A stretch of DNA of 62,641 nucleotides, the filler included, from Platydemus manokwari (Eukaryota): assembly GCA_037951405.1 (NCBI GenBank). It is 6 parts of 6 records of this genome, joined end to end, with 100 filler letters (N's around TTAATTAATTAA, not from the genome) between each part and the next. Parts side by side here need not be neighbours in the genome. Positions count along the whole stretch, not along the records: positions 1 to 8,988 come from JBBMOY011318760.1; positions 9,089 to 21,085 come from JBBMOY010355558.1; 4 more parts are not named here. One strand, 5' to 3'. Of the stretch, positions 1 through 13,400 are shown piece after piece. The notes under the pieces are model-generated. The model had not been told where the DNA came from, ran no database searches, and was given only the letters and a program-made list of their open reading frames with translations. Position numbers and translations under genes: made by a program. Each line of letters opens with the position of its first letter. Within the stretch, counting starts at the first letter, position 1.

Positions 1-419
1 CGACATTATATGCAAGCAATACTCCCAGCGACATCTTTTATCAAATCGAAATTTTAAGGTTATACACCCAATATAATTATTGTATTTTTTGGAAATAATG
101 GACGAAAAAATAATGAAAGATTGAAATAAATAGAAAACAATAATAATAATTTATTTAAGGACAGAATAATAATAATATTAATAAATAATAATAAAATTTA
201 TAAATATAAATTATATATGTGGCGTATTTGTGGACGAAATCAGAATTTTTAAATGTGGGCGAAAAAGAAAAATCAAATTAATAATATGAGCGAAAAATAA
301 ATTAAAATTATTAATTTAAGCGGATTGTAAAACAATATTTAAATCCAATAGGGAAAAAAAATAAATAAAAACGATTATTCAGAATCCGTCATAGAAAATA
401 CCATACAAGGAACGGCAAA

Positions 420-760
420 ATAATAAAACTCGCTCACACCAAAAGATTCTTAATAGCAGCTTTAGCTCTTGAAAGCAACAAAAAACAGGATAAAAATAAA
501 CAAAAAAAAGGTGCGGATTATTGTAGAGGGAAAAAGATTTGAAGGACCAGCTCATAACAATATATCTGAACTTCTATATTAACGCAGCGGAGGTTCGATA
601 TCTAAGCCTTCCCTTGATGAACATTGTTATTAAAGTGCGTGATTGCGTAACTTTGAAATATTGTCTGATTGAATAATTGAGTTTGAGTGAAAAATCGAGA
701 TCAAAAGGAGCTTATAATCTTTTATTGTACAAAATTTGATACACTTGGAAATTGGTGATA
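420..760 (+). mobile_element. Possible highly decayed PIF/Harbinger transposase N-terminal fragment
   Basis: Frameshifted pieces GPAHNNISEL, RYLSL..IVIKVRDCV and LIHLEIGD appear in the order of Harbinger motifs GA..NL..EL / YLRM..F..LL..V / LR.LATGD. The match is weak. Confidence 0.25.
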
Positions 761-2716
761 AGAACGAATAAATTCTATTGTTACATTCTTTGTGTTAATT
801 TATAACCCACTGTTTTTCATCACTATCACTAATATGTTAAAATCAATAAATTATTGAAAATCAATACACTCAAAAATATTCTAAGGAATAGACCAGTCCC
901 TTATTTTTAGCATATTTATTTATTGTATATTGTATTATAATTTTAATAAAATATTTTGCTATTGAACTGAATTGTTCTGATTGGTAATTATTTATTAATA
1001 AAGTAAAATAGTAATTGAGAATTATTGTTATAGATTATCGATCGAAACTGATAACAGTATTTCTCTACCAAGTTTGTTATTATCTAGTTCGAATTAAACG
1101 ATGTCTAAATAATTCACCAAGGACTTCTGGGGTTTCTAACTACAACTAGTGGTCTTAGATTTTGTTATTTTTACAAACGATGTGAAATAACATTGGTTGA
1201 GCCTTTACAACTAGAACAACATACAATGAAAAATTAAATAATAAATTTCTCTTCTCGAGGCATTTGCTTACATACTCAATTTTCAAGATTCCTTCGTGCA
1301 CACGTTTGATTTGATTTACTGTAGGTTTCATGTTTCTCAAGATTTTCACAAAACCTGATAAAAAATCCACCTTATTTCTGATGGTTTATATATTTGATAT
1401 ATTCGACTAAAAATCATCCACACATGATTCATCTTGATTGTGGAAGTAAATATCAAGCCTCGCTATTAATAAATAAAAACTCTCACATTAAAAACAAATA
1501 AGAAACAAGTAATGACGACTGGAAATCATATCACATACATAGATAACTCAGAATCATCACAAAAAAATAAACGAAACAAAGATGAATTTTAATGAGGTTT
1601 GGTCCAGTGGTAATGTAAACAATATCAAGATCGAATATATTCAGAACAAGTTTATCACATGACCACCACCAAACTATTAAATCAACAAAACACATCAAAT
1701 ATATCAGACTGCTTTAATAATCAAATATTTTTTCACAAATTGACAAGGCAAATCAAATATGTTTACAAAGATATTGATCATTTGTTTATCCGGTAATTAT
1801 ATCAATTTATAGAGATTCCATATCATTATGGTTATTTGGCAAAAACATAAGCAGAGTAAACTGTTGGAATTCAGCATCCAACAAAATCAATCAAAAAAAA
1901 AATTTTAAAACGTGAAAATAGGAAATACTTTCCAAAATATGCTCAATAAATGTCGAAATCAAATCTTTATACTCGACGAACTTCATTTTTAACTTCATTC
2001 GCAAATCAATAATAGAAGACTTGACAAAACAATACACAACAAACCAAAGACAGGATATAATTAACATAAAATCCATAAGCAACAGTAAACGAAATGGAAG
2101 CAACTCAAATTAATCCATCAAATTCTCTCGACAACAGCTCAATAAAACATAATTCGTTGAGATAGTTTTTATTAATAATTTGAATCGATTTCAAAATATT
2201 TATTCCGTTCACACACCGACACCATTGATCAGCATTCAAATATTGATTAAATCGATACATGTCTAATATTCATAACAATATTATTATTATTATTATCATT
2301 TATTATTATTGTTAATAATAATGATTTGAGAGCATTCATTCCAATTACATCTCGAAATATGAAAATCAATAACATAATAATTATTATGCAATTCTAAACT
2401 AAAAATATTCAGCAAACTCTTCCAACACCTGAAGATCAGTTTTAGAAAAATAGGGAAAATCAACAAATTTATTCTCCAGAAATTGAGGTAAGTCGAAATA
2501 AATTTATGCCTTTGCTGTGCTGCCTTGAAATGAAATATATTCTGCCAAAAAACAACAATAACAAATCAATTAGTATAATTAGTATTGTCGGGATATATAT
2601 ATTCACAATCAGGTTTGACAAAAAATGACTGAGATTGTTCACAATTGAAAACAAAGCAAAAATAACAGGTCATTGTGACTTATCTTGGGTCTCATGTTGA
2701 AAGATGTCGATTAAAT

Positions 2717-5091
2717 TTACTTGGGACGGCTGCATGACTCTTCATTTTCATGAACGGTAGTGTTAGGATCAATGACAATCCACTCGTTTGATGATTCAGA
2801 CTGAATTGGATAATAGAAAGATTTGATATACATAGAATTTACATCAGATTCGTCATCCATATAATCCTGAGGCCGTAACCATTCTTTGGGAATAATCTTT
2901 TCAATAAATGGTATCTGAGAACTCGTTTCGGCTAAACGATTTATCCATTTCGGTAGCGATACCCCAAGTAGAATCTGTTGTTCGAATAAGAAAAATTCTT
3001 ATCAACAAATAAGTACTTAAAAACGATATATTTTTGTTCGGATCTACCTAGAAAGCAAATTTCTTTATAATTACAGTAGCTTATTATCAATTTACGGGTA
3101 CTCTCCGTACATCGATAAAAGGTTAGTTTATTGATGTGGTCGAGTCAAAAGATAGAAAGAATAAATTTGTATAATTATTCTTTATTATGAGGCTTCTATG
3201 ATAGTGACTCTTAAGGATAATAATTTAATCGTCTTGTTCTCAAGATTTTCTGTAACTGAATAAGTTTTATCGATTGTATATGAGATAATATGTAACAGAA
3301 TCAGATATGCAAAAATTGTTTATAAATAACAAGCTCCAAGCACTATTGAATTAGAGACATTTAGAATATGGTTAGAAACATTATTAGCACTCAATTTGTG
3401 TCTTTTATTTTAACATATTTATTAAATTAATAATTACTTCATTAAGAACCAACAACTTACCACAAGTAATAATAAATTAATACATTTAAGCCCATTATTA
3501 ATAAAAAACCCAAAACAGATAAACCCAAATCCAAACAAGAAACATCTCTCAAAAATAAACCTAAAAAATATTCACAAAACTAAACTAAGAAGCCATTACC
3601 GATTACAAAAATTCATGAAAATATTAAACTAGATTGTTTTCAAATGAATTGGATATGATAAATAGCAGTAATATCAATAACAGAAAATCTATAAATTTCA
3701 TTATCGATTTCAGATTATCAAGTCGATTCAGATAATCAATAAAATCCGAAAATATTGCCAAATCATAGAGAAAATATTTTGGAAATTTAAGCTTTTAAAA
3801 TTTATTATTTTAAAATAATAAAAAAATTTATAAACTTTAATCAATATTTTAAAAATCGATTAGAAATTTTCATTGAAATAATTATTAAAATTAAAATATT
3901 TGTAAACTGATAAATTGAAGAATAAACATGATATTAATGATAATTAAATATAAATAATGAATTAATTGAATTACAATTTCACTAAACTAGTAATGAGAAA
4001 ATCCATCATGTTATAATTGGTTAAAACTATATCACAGAAAATCAATATTTTCCGATTATAGAAAAGAATCGACATTCATAACGTCACAACACAATTAATC
4101 GATATTTGAAATCATGTCAAATCCAAACTATCTGATAGAAGAATATTAAAAATATCAATCTAATGAAATAGAAAAAATAGTCATATAAAACAATACTCTG
4201 TAAAAAATTCCAAATCATTATTAATATAACAAATCAAGCAATCAGCAATAACAAATTCATCAGCGATAGTTTACCGATAATTAATCAGAGGAAAAGAAAA
4301 CAACAGAAAAATGAATCTTATAGAAAATTCGGTACAAATGTGTGTGTGTGTGTTTTAGCTATTGAAGAATAAATAAATCAACAAGATAACAAGAATGAAC
4401 AAATAAATGATGACATCTGTAAATCAGATAATGATTTTGTGAGAATAAATTATCAAGAATCACAACTTCTTTAATCAATATTTATGAATTGGATTTTCGA
4501 TATCAATTGCTGGTTTAATGAAATGAAAACTGGTGGTAGGTAATCAAGTGATCAAGCCCAATCATTCGATATGATTTTCCAATATAATTCATAGCTATAA
4601 TTCATCATATCATAATCATAACGATTTTTATTTTATTCGTAATAACGCGCTGGCAAAACATAAAACATATTTTATACGTCAATGTGTGTGCTCATTGAAC
4701 CCCAAAAAAGTTAATCGACCGATGATGAAATCTATAAAGTGCGATCATCGATATGATTTTAAATAGAATTCACATTCCCTATATTTTATCGTGACATGTG
4801 GAAGTCCACTGAATTCAATATCACCTTTGTCTTGAATGATTACGGGGACACCTGAATGAATACAACATAAAACTGTAATAGCTCCCGATAGTTAACATTA
4901 TTATTAAAATATGATAAATTGATGCTATCGATATAACAGAAATTAAAACCTGAAGAAATGCCCCACTGAAATGATTGCAATTCTTCTTCAGCAAATTGTA
5001 ATCGATTCCACAAAATTGTTTGCCAAGATTAATCAATATTTGTCGCACATCATTTTCTGTGAAATCTGTTGTCCCCATTTCTATCGAAGTT
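2717..5091 (-). CDS. DESI2: Desumoylating isopeptidase 2 / PPPDE peptidase, last two exons (5091-4950; 2974-2717); 5' exons not found on this contig
   Basis: Spliced translation TSIEMGTTDFTENDVRQILINLGKQFCGIDYNLLKKNCNHFSGAFLQ|ILLGVSLPKWINRLAETSSQIPFIEKIIPKEWLRP...SRPK*. It has the catalytic NCNHF motif and PxWINRLA, with canonical AG/GT sites in consistent phase. Confidence 0.93.
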
Positions 5092-8000
5092 CTAAAAAAT
5101 TGTTGCCATGTTACTGTGTCATTAATATATCAAATGAAATTCATTAAAATAATATATTTCACCGGACACCAGGTGAAAAAAAATCATTACAATATTTGAT
5201 CCTCTTACATGGAATATTTAGAAAAAAATTTTCTACAATGGCAAAGACAATGAATTGAAATAGTTTCATTGGAATTTTTATCAATTGATTCCAACGGCAC
5301 GATCATCAAAAAGCTGTTGTTTAAAATCATGTTTGTCATTGTTCAAAGCTTCATATCTCTTTAATTACGGTTTTTAATTGTTCTATTCGATGTTGTATTC
5401 GTCACAATTGTCAGTCAAATTTAGTAGAGACCGTTGTGACAATGGCAAATGATAGTAGCCAATACATTCAATAGACCATTAATGAATTTCAACAATCGTT
5501 GAAAACAGTGACATAGTGGGAAAACAATTATAAATGATAATTGCATACAAACCAAGGAAACATCCATGTATATTATATAGTTATATATTATACTATGTAT
5601 ATTATACTAGTTATAAGATGGAGATGGAATAAAACAAGAGTAACATTTTTTACAAAAATTCTCTACTTTATAAAATAATATATTATTTATAATATTAATT
5701 AATGAAATATTTGTTTAGGTACACAGAAATATCAGGGATAAAACAAATGTTCTCTAATAAAGAACACATAGTAAGGACAAATAACTAAATCTTATTATCA
5801 GATTATTACCAACATGAGATTCGAATATATTTCTAATGTTCACCGACAAAAATAATCCATTCATTTTCATTATTTAGCAAAAAACAACGTTTTAAAATAA
5901 TATCTTTACTAATCGATTACTTGATAACGTATAAAATCTTAGAAACATTATCTATTATATAAAATGAGTTCTGCCCGCACGTTTATGATTGCTTAATATG
6001 GGAATAAATCGTTCATATAATATCAGTAGGGTTAGGAAAATATATCACACAATAGCTTATCTGATTTTATACTCGAAATGAGTCTAAAAATAGCATACAA
6101 GAAATCAATTAAGCCAGTCTTAAAAATTAATGGCTTTTCTCGGGGTACATCCGATATTTCTAGAGTTTTCCAAAATTGACAAGCGCTGCCTATTACTTTA
6201 CTAATTCCAAATCAATTAAGTTTTTTTAAGAATATTAATGACCAATTACAATTTCTCAACTTATATCCACAGTCTCCGGTCCTTACATACCAATAAAGAT
6301 TCAAATGATAAAGGTTTACAGACAGTTAAAAAGTATCTAAAATTATAAGACAATATCAAAGGTCGAAATGATCATATACATTGTCCTTATGGATAAATAA
6401 ATAATCATTACACATCCACCAATTATAGTAATATCCGAATATTCATATCCGAATCACAGAGATATATTCCAACAACATACCAAACATCCGGTCTTACAAT
6501 TTGTATAATCCATATTTCCATTGATTACACTACAACACAAACCATTATCAATATCAGCACCAATATTTTAGGAACAATCCTTGATTCTGTTATTTACACA
6601 ATAATCCTTAATCGATTTTGATACAGAAATTAAAAATCGCCATATATGGATTTATTTATCATTCTTATTAGGAAAACTAAAATTATATTTTAGAAAAGAG
6701 ATTTGAAAATAAATATGTTCGAAATTTAATTTGATTTTTTTAAAACGGTCAGTCTCCGTAACTAGAATAAATCAGTCAATAATTTCATACTTCCTGCTTA
6801 AATCCCGGTGATTTATCATACTTATTGTTAAATCACTTGGCTAAATCGAGGCTTTATTTCCAAAAATTTGATCCAAGATGACAGTCCCATTGAAAAATGC
6901 TATCAATTACTGTATATCATGTCAGTGAAATTTTATTTTCAGATTAATTATCGGATAAGAATATTTAGAAATATAAACATCGCATATACAAATCAAATGT
7001 GAAAAACAAAATACGAATACATAAATCAATGATAAACACACACGGACACACACACACATAATCGATACCATAGATAAATAAAAACAGAATATTATAATTC
7101 GTAATTCAATAATTAGTGTAATTCAAGAATAAAGCTGCGACAGAATATTAAGCCAGATCGAATGATGACTAATTCAGTAAATATTCTAATGAATGAAGTT
7201 TTGAAACTCATAATTTGAATGAACTTCTAAAAGCGATATCGCCAATCTACATTACTATAAACACATTCAATTAGATATGCTAATTTCAGTTTATTATTTT
7301 TATCTCTATTGGATATAATGATATCTTTAAGTTCATATAAAGTAAATTTTAAGGAGAAATAAGTTTTCAAATTCTATGAATAGAATATATGATATTCAAT
7401 GAAGTGAATTGTATTGTATAAAATCACAATTACTTTCTCAAAGTATTTGTATTGTAATTTCTAAAATGTATTAAAACAAATTCAAAATATTTGGTCATTT
7501 AAGAGATTATTTTATCATTCTGTCTCAAATTACATTCTAATTCCTTGCAGAAACTTTTCTTTTCCTTAAATCAACATAGTAATAATTTACACTGTAAAAA
7601 TATTCTTATTTTCGACAACACATTTTCAATCACTAATTAATACAAGAAAAAATTTGCCAATAAAGAAACGATTTCAATACAATATGTGAAATATCAAAAA
7701 TAATAATATTTTAACCATCAAGTTTTATATAAAAATATCGTAAAAGGAAAAATTTCTTTTGCTGACAACCAATTTTATTTAATCCTGGAAAATATCAGTT
7801 TAGCGTGAGAAAGAATCACTAATCGGAATGATGTCGACTGAAAACCGATTGGATGTTAAATTAATTTAGAGAATATTCTATAAGAATATTAAAACAAAAC
7901 GAAACATTCAGATAATTATTAACATGGCACATGATTCTTGAAATTGAAAGGTGAACACGAATTATTTGTTTAGCGGATTATTTTTATTATACAACTTTGG

Positions 8001-8988
8001 ACTTATCAATCACACATGACCTACATAAAATAAATCATCGAAAAATGTAGAATTCATCACGCGGAGAAAATATATTAATACAATTACTTTATAGAATATC
8101 TTTATAACAATGGATCCTCATGATCCAAAATAAACAAAATAATAGTCCAATACTAAAATTTAAAATGAAAAGATATTAAAGGTATTGGATAAAAAAACAC
8201 GACAGAATTTTACTTTAATTTAAATATGAAAAAATAAATAATATAATAGAAAATAATTTTAATTATTGGAATTATTAATATCTTTATTTATATTATTATT
8301 TCTTTATTTCTATTTCTAATGTCATTATTATCAATGTCACTATTATCAAAATAATCATTTATGCCAGCATTATCGATGGTTGCTGATCAAATCATTGACA
8401 ATCCAAACAATTCATGTATTGATTTGTTCAGTGTGTAATGTATTACTTCCTACAAGTCGGTATCTAATGATTCATTGAATAGACTAATTTACTATTCACT
8501 CACTGTTGAATATCTTTATCATCAATAATCACAAATTGTCATTGAATCCTGGTTTCAAATAAGCATATTTTCACAATTACTACTAATCTTTCTAATCTGA
8601 GGAAAAGTAACAAAATCGTCAAGTCAAACAAAGGACAATTTCATGATATAGTGATTTACATTTCATATCAACAAACAATATTCCAAACTCTAATTACACT
8701 ATAAAAATCTTATTACCAATTACTAAATACGGTTTTTGTCATCTTGAGAACTAGCCGCAATTTTTTGTCAGACACCAATAATAATCGTATCTCAAATCCC
8801 CTCATTATCATTCATTACTCATTGATATTATCATTATCTAAAACATTCCCAAACCGAGATTTCTTAAATAATTCCCTGATATCATTTCATTGTCAAAGAC
8901 TCATATACAACAGTTATTTTATAAATAATTATATATTCTAGAAATTAATAATAACAAATAAATTATAAAATAAATCTCATAATTCATA

Positions 8989-9088
8989 NNNNNNNNNNNN
9001 NNNNNNNNNNNNNNNNNNNNNNNNNNNNNNNNTTAATTAATTAANNNNNNNNNNNNNNNNNNNNNNNNNNNNNNNNNNNNNNNNNNNN
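8989..9088. other. Artificial contig spacer N44-TTAATTAATTAA-N44
   Basis: Seen directly. An identical 100-bp unit recurs five times; the 12-mer puts stops in all six frames. Confidence 0.98.
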
Positions 9089-9379
9089 AAATTTTTATTA
9101 TTTAAAACTTTTGTAAATTTTAATTATTTATCGTATTTTTAAACCAACCTCACAATTGTTATTATTAGTTTGATTAATAATTTTGTGTAATAAACCAATG
9201 GAAATATTCGCAGAATTCACTGAATATACTGTTGAAATACAAAATTGAAAACGAATCTAAAAATTTCCAATATCAAAAGTATGTTTAATTAAAATTTCAA
9301 ATAAATTAAATCTATCATTACTTACTATCAATACATTTTATATTTAAAAAGATCATTTAAATATTTATCGATTTTAAAT

Positions 9380-10270
9380 ACTAACATCTACATTGATAGT
9401 AGCATTCAATGACAAAATATGAATTTGTTTTTGATTATCGATCTGTAAATGAAGTAACACAGACATCATGTTTGATATAAAAGATAGTCGTCGAATTATT
9501 AAAGAAGTGGATGTGTGTTCTGAAAAATATTTAAAATGGATATCGTTGAGAAAGAAAATAGTTGAAATTATGATGTTATCACTATTAGCAACCATATTCG
9601 AAGCAATTTAAGTCGAATTTCGTGGGCTATGTAAACACGCATAAAAGCTATGACTGATATATTTAATAAGCACAGTTCATGAAATGCATATTTGGAATGA
9701 AGTGAAAAATGATAACCGAAATTTCTTTAAATAAATGGTTATTAAAAATTTGAAAAACCTAGATCGAAGTAAAAATTTTACTGAAAATTAGTATATACAA
9801 AATAGTAAAAATTATTATTAAAATGTTTGAGCGTTAAATTTTTTGAAAGTAACAGTTCAATTGAAATCTGTAGTATGTAACAATACGTGCTTGTTATCTA
9901 ACACTAAAAGACTTAAGTGGATGCACTTGAATATATTTTGTATAACACTGTAAACAAAAATTTATAAAGCATTCTGTTCAATACCAAAGCTAAACAAATC
10001 GATGCACAAATTTTACATACCTATCTACTACAATTACAATTACTAGTATTTGTAATAACTATCACGAATACTCGTAAAAGAAATACTTAAATGATTCCTG
10101 GTTAACTACAATTATGTTTTCTTCAAAGAATGAGTACGATATGTTCTTTCTAATCGGTAGACTTCAACTGAATGTCATCTCATTTCCTATCATTAGTACT
10201 TGTACCACAGTGCAGTAAATACTACATACATTGCCTTGACATTAAAATATCATTTCAATAATTAACTCTT
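9380..10270 (+). mobile_element. Decayed Mutator-like DDE transposase relic
   Basis: Broken frames give LIVAFNDK..YRSVNEVT (cf. VSFDGTW.KRG.SSLNGV) and HIRSNLSRISWAM* (cf. H.C..NY.GSSGAME) in the expected order. Many stops and frameshifts. Confidence 0.35.
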
Positions 10271-11318
10271 ATTTACTACTTTTGTAAACTATTTATATTA
10301 AATAAATTTAATTTAGTAAAACAAATTTCTTTTTGCTTATTGATTTTATTTTTTATTTTTAGCATTATTTAATTTTTTCATTCATTTTTAGTAATTATTA
10401 TTTTATTTAAACATTATAGATTTATTTTTTGACTAATATTTCAACCAGTTTTTATTAATATTTTTACTTATCAGATTATTTAAATTTTTCCACCAGATTT
10501 GCTAGGATACAAGTTACAAATTTTGGGATTTTAAATGAAATTTTATATAAAATTAAAATATAATTAAATAAAATAACGAGAAGAAAATCAATAATAATAA
10601 TTTTCTTATTGGATAGTTATAAACATAAACCAACAAAACAGAAATAATTAAAAATCGACTCGTTTCGGAAATTTGGGATCAAATAAACTGGTATCCAATA
10701 TTTGGTTGACTAATTATTTTATTTGTCTTTTAATGAATCAACTATTTCTTAATATTCTCTTCCTGTTTGTCATGTAACGAATTTTCAATTTTATTGAATA
10801 TAAAAAATATATTACGGTAACTATTTGATTCAAACCATAGAAAACACCATCAACTTGACAAGTAATATATCAATCTCACCAAATCTTCCGACAATTCTTT
10901 CTTGATTTTTATTGTTTTATGTTTTCAATATTTGATGTGATCCATTAAATAATCACCATCATATAATGAGTAAAATTGAGAGAATATATTGTTTTGATAA
11001 TGCTTTATTGTTAACACAGAGAGAAATATCTTGTCATCAATTAGTCCTTTCTTATTAACCAGTGCATTTAATTGACCTTGTTATCATCATGTTCACCTGA
11101 TCGATTATCAATGTCATTTATCATCAGTACTAATTTCGGAAATTTGGATCCATATGATTATGTAAGTTTGAGAAGAAACAGGAATTATCATGATAACACG
11201 AAAGGGTTTTCCATAAAAACATAAAGAAATGTAAAAATCGATGACCCAAACAATGTTTATTAGAATATAATATATAAGTATCGACTAGAGACGAATAAAA
11301 AATTTAAAGTCATTGAAG

Positions 11319-11712
11319 CAGTGGTTCTCAACCTCGGGATCGCGACTCTATATGGGGTTGGAAAGCATTTTTAAAGGAGTCACCGAATTAAAGTTGGTGT
11401 ACAAACCATTACATGTGAAAAATCGTGTTTTATGATGCTGTTAAATAAATAGTTTGCGATGTTGATTAAACTACTTCTGTTCACAGTTACCTTGACTACC
11501 ACAGTTAAGTATTTTATAGGCAATGTTATTATCTGATAATCTTATTATTATAGGTAATTCATTATTTGTTGTAAGTTGGTTTTTGCAAATTGGTTTTATT
11601 AAATATGGTGAGTTATAACTTATTTTTGGTAATATTGATTTTCTTCGGGGTCGCCAAGATCTTAAAAATTTGAAAATGGGTTGCCATAGGAAAAAGATTA
11701 CTCAACTTCACT
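11319..11712 (+). mobile_element. Non-autonomous hAT (Charlie-like) MITE
   Basis: Starts with the typical TIR CAGTGGTTCTCAACCT and has subterminal GGGATCGCGAC / GGGGTCGCC motifs near both ends. The right TIR is degraded. Confidence 0.65.
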
Positions 11713-11816
11713 ACTATGCACCACTCGGCTGTTAGCATTTGTTGTCATTGGATTTGGATTTCATACCAATTGCAAAGACAACAAATTATTTGATTGGTTT
11801 GATATCTAAGAAAATG

Positions 11817-12061
11817 ATGGGACACGCATTGGCTGAACAGCACTTTGATTCCTACGCAGAAGTCGAAAATTGGTTGTCTGATTGGTTTGCTACGAAAGAC
11901 GAACATTTCTATTGGCTTGGCATCCACAAATTGCCAGAAAGGTGGTCAAAATGTATAAAAAGCAATGGTCAATACTTTGAATAAATGTTTTTTACTTTTC
12001 CATTCAAAATTAGTGTTTCATTTTAACAAAAAAAACGCTCATTTCATACCGGTACACCTGG
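11817..12061 (+). mobile_element. 3' fragment of a mariner (Mos1/mauritiana-like) transposon: transposase C-terminus plus right TIR
   Basis: MGHALAEQHFDSYAEVENWLSDWFATKDEHFYWLGIHKLPERWSKCIKSNGQYFE* closely follows the Mos1 C-terminus. The TIR AAACGCTCATTTCATACCGGTACACCTGG (~12033-12061) is followed by TA. Confidence 0.92.
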
Positions 12062-12599
12062 TATATATTAATAATCATTATTACTTTTATACATTAATTC
12101 CTATATAATTTTCACTTTAAATTGTCAAACTCTTTTATAAATCAAAACATTTCTCTATTTATATTCTATAAAATAAAATTGGGTTTCAACAATATTAAAT
12201 TATTGTCTTTGATAATCAATAATGTTAAGTTATTGATAGTAGATAAATCAAAACATTTTCATTTTTGGTCGACAAACCTAAAGTAAGGAGTTATTATTTG
12301 GATATAAAATAGATTATATATATATTATTGGATATACGTATAAAATAATACAGATAATGTGAAGATAAAAATAGATAATAAAATATAATGATAAAAAATT
12401 ATATAAATATAATAATAAAAAAATTATAAAACAAAATTAGATAACAACATATGGAATTAATCATCAGTCTTAATCATAAGTTACAATTTGAAACAATTAG
12501 TCAGCAGCGACTAATTTAGGAATTAACATGACAAAATCACACGTTACCATGGAAACTTGAATTGTTCAGCAATAAAACCATGGCAACGTCAGAAATCTC

Positions 12600-13400
12600 C
12601 GAGGAAGCATAACCATGTGTCAGCAACACCACCGAGGGATACCAAAACGTCTTGAACAAATCTACCCAGCTCGCCCACCAGCTTGGGTTCAAATTTAAAC
12701 CATCAGAATTGTGACACATATGGAACATCAACTCAAAAAGATAGGTTACGCCACTAATGATGAAGGACCAGGCTATCCCGCAAGTTGCCATGGAGGACCA
12801 CTACAGGTACTTAGGGGTAAATTTTTCACTAAAACAGCACAACTCTATTGAAAGCCTGGGAGTAGAACTAAAAACTATTTCGGAAAAACTGCTTGATGGC
12901 AGAAAAACTGCTCCAATGGCAGAAAATAGATTCGTTTAATGCCTTCATCCATAGCAAAGTGATTTTCTTTGTCAGAAATTACTTTGTTACTTATACATAA
13001 CTGGATCAAATTGATATTCAAACTAGAAAGATTTTGAAGGAGATACTAGGAGTCTTAAAATTCTGCTCAAGCAACTTTTTATACGCAGCTAAAGCGAAAG
13101 GTGGATGCGGACTCCGTAGTATCTCAGTCGAATACACAATCCAATATGTCGTTCATGGACTGGCACTTCTCAATAGTAAACATCAGCTAATCAGGGATAT
13201 TGCTCGAGAATCACTACGTGCAAGTAACGAATCCAAAACTGCTTAGGGAGACAATGCTCTACCGGAAGCTACCAGGTAAAGTGGAGTAAGCAAATCAGGA
13301 GCGACAGGTACACCGATGTGATGCCAACAGTGAGTCCTCAATGGAACAGAATAGTATTTAGAGGGGATCTCACCATTGCCGAATTCCTGTTTATCTTCCT
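12600..13400 (+). mobile_element. Decayed non-LTR retrotransposon RT/thumb region, RLE (R2/R4/NeSL-like) type
   Basis: Frameshifted motifs LAHQLGFKFKPS, YRYLGV, APWQK, and NFLYAAKAKGGCGLRSI (post-RT GGxGL motif). Confidence 0.75.
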
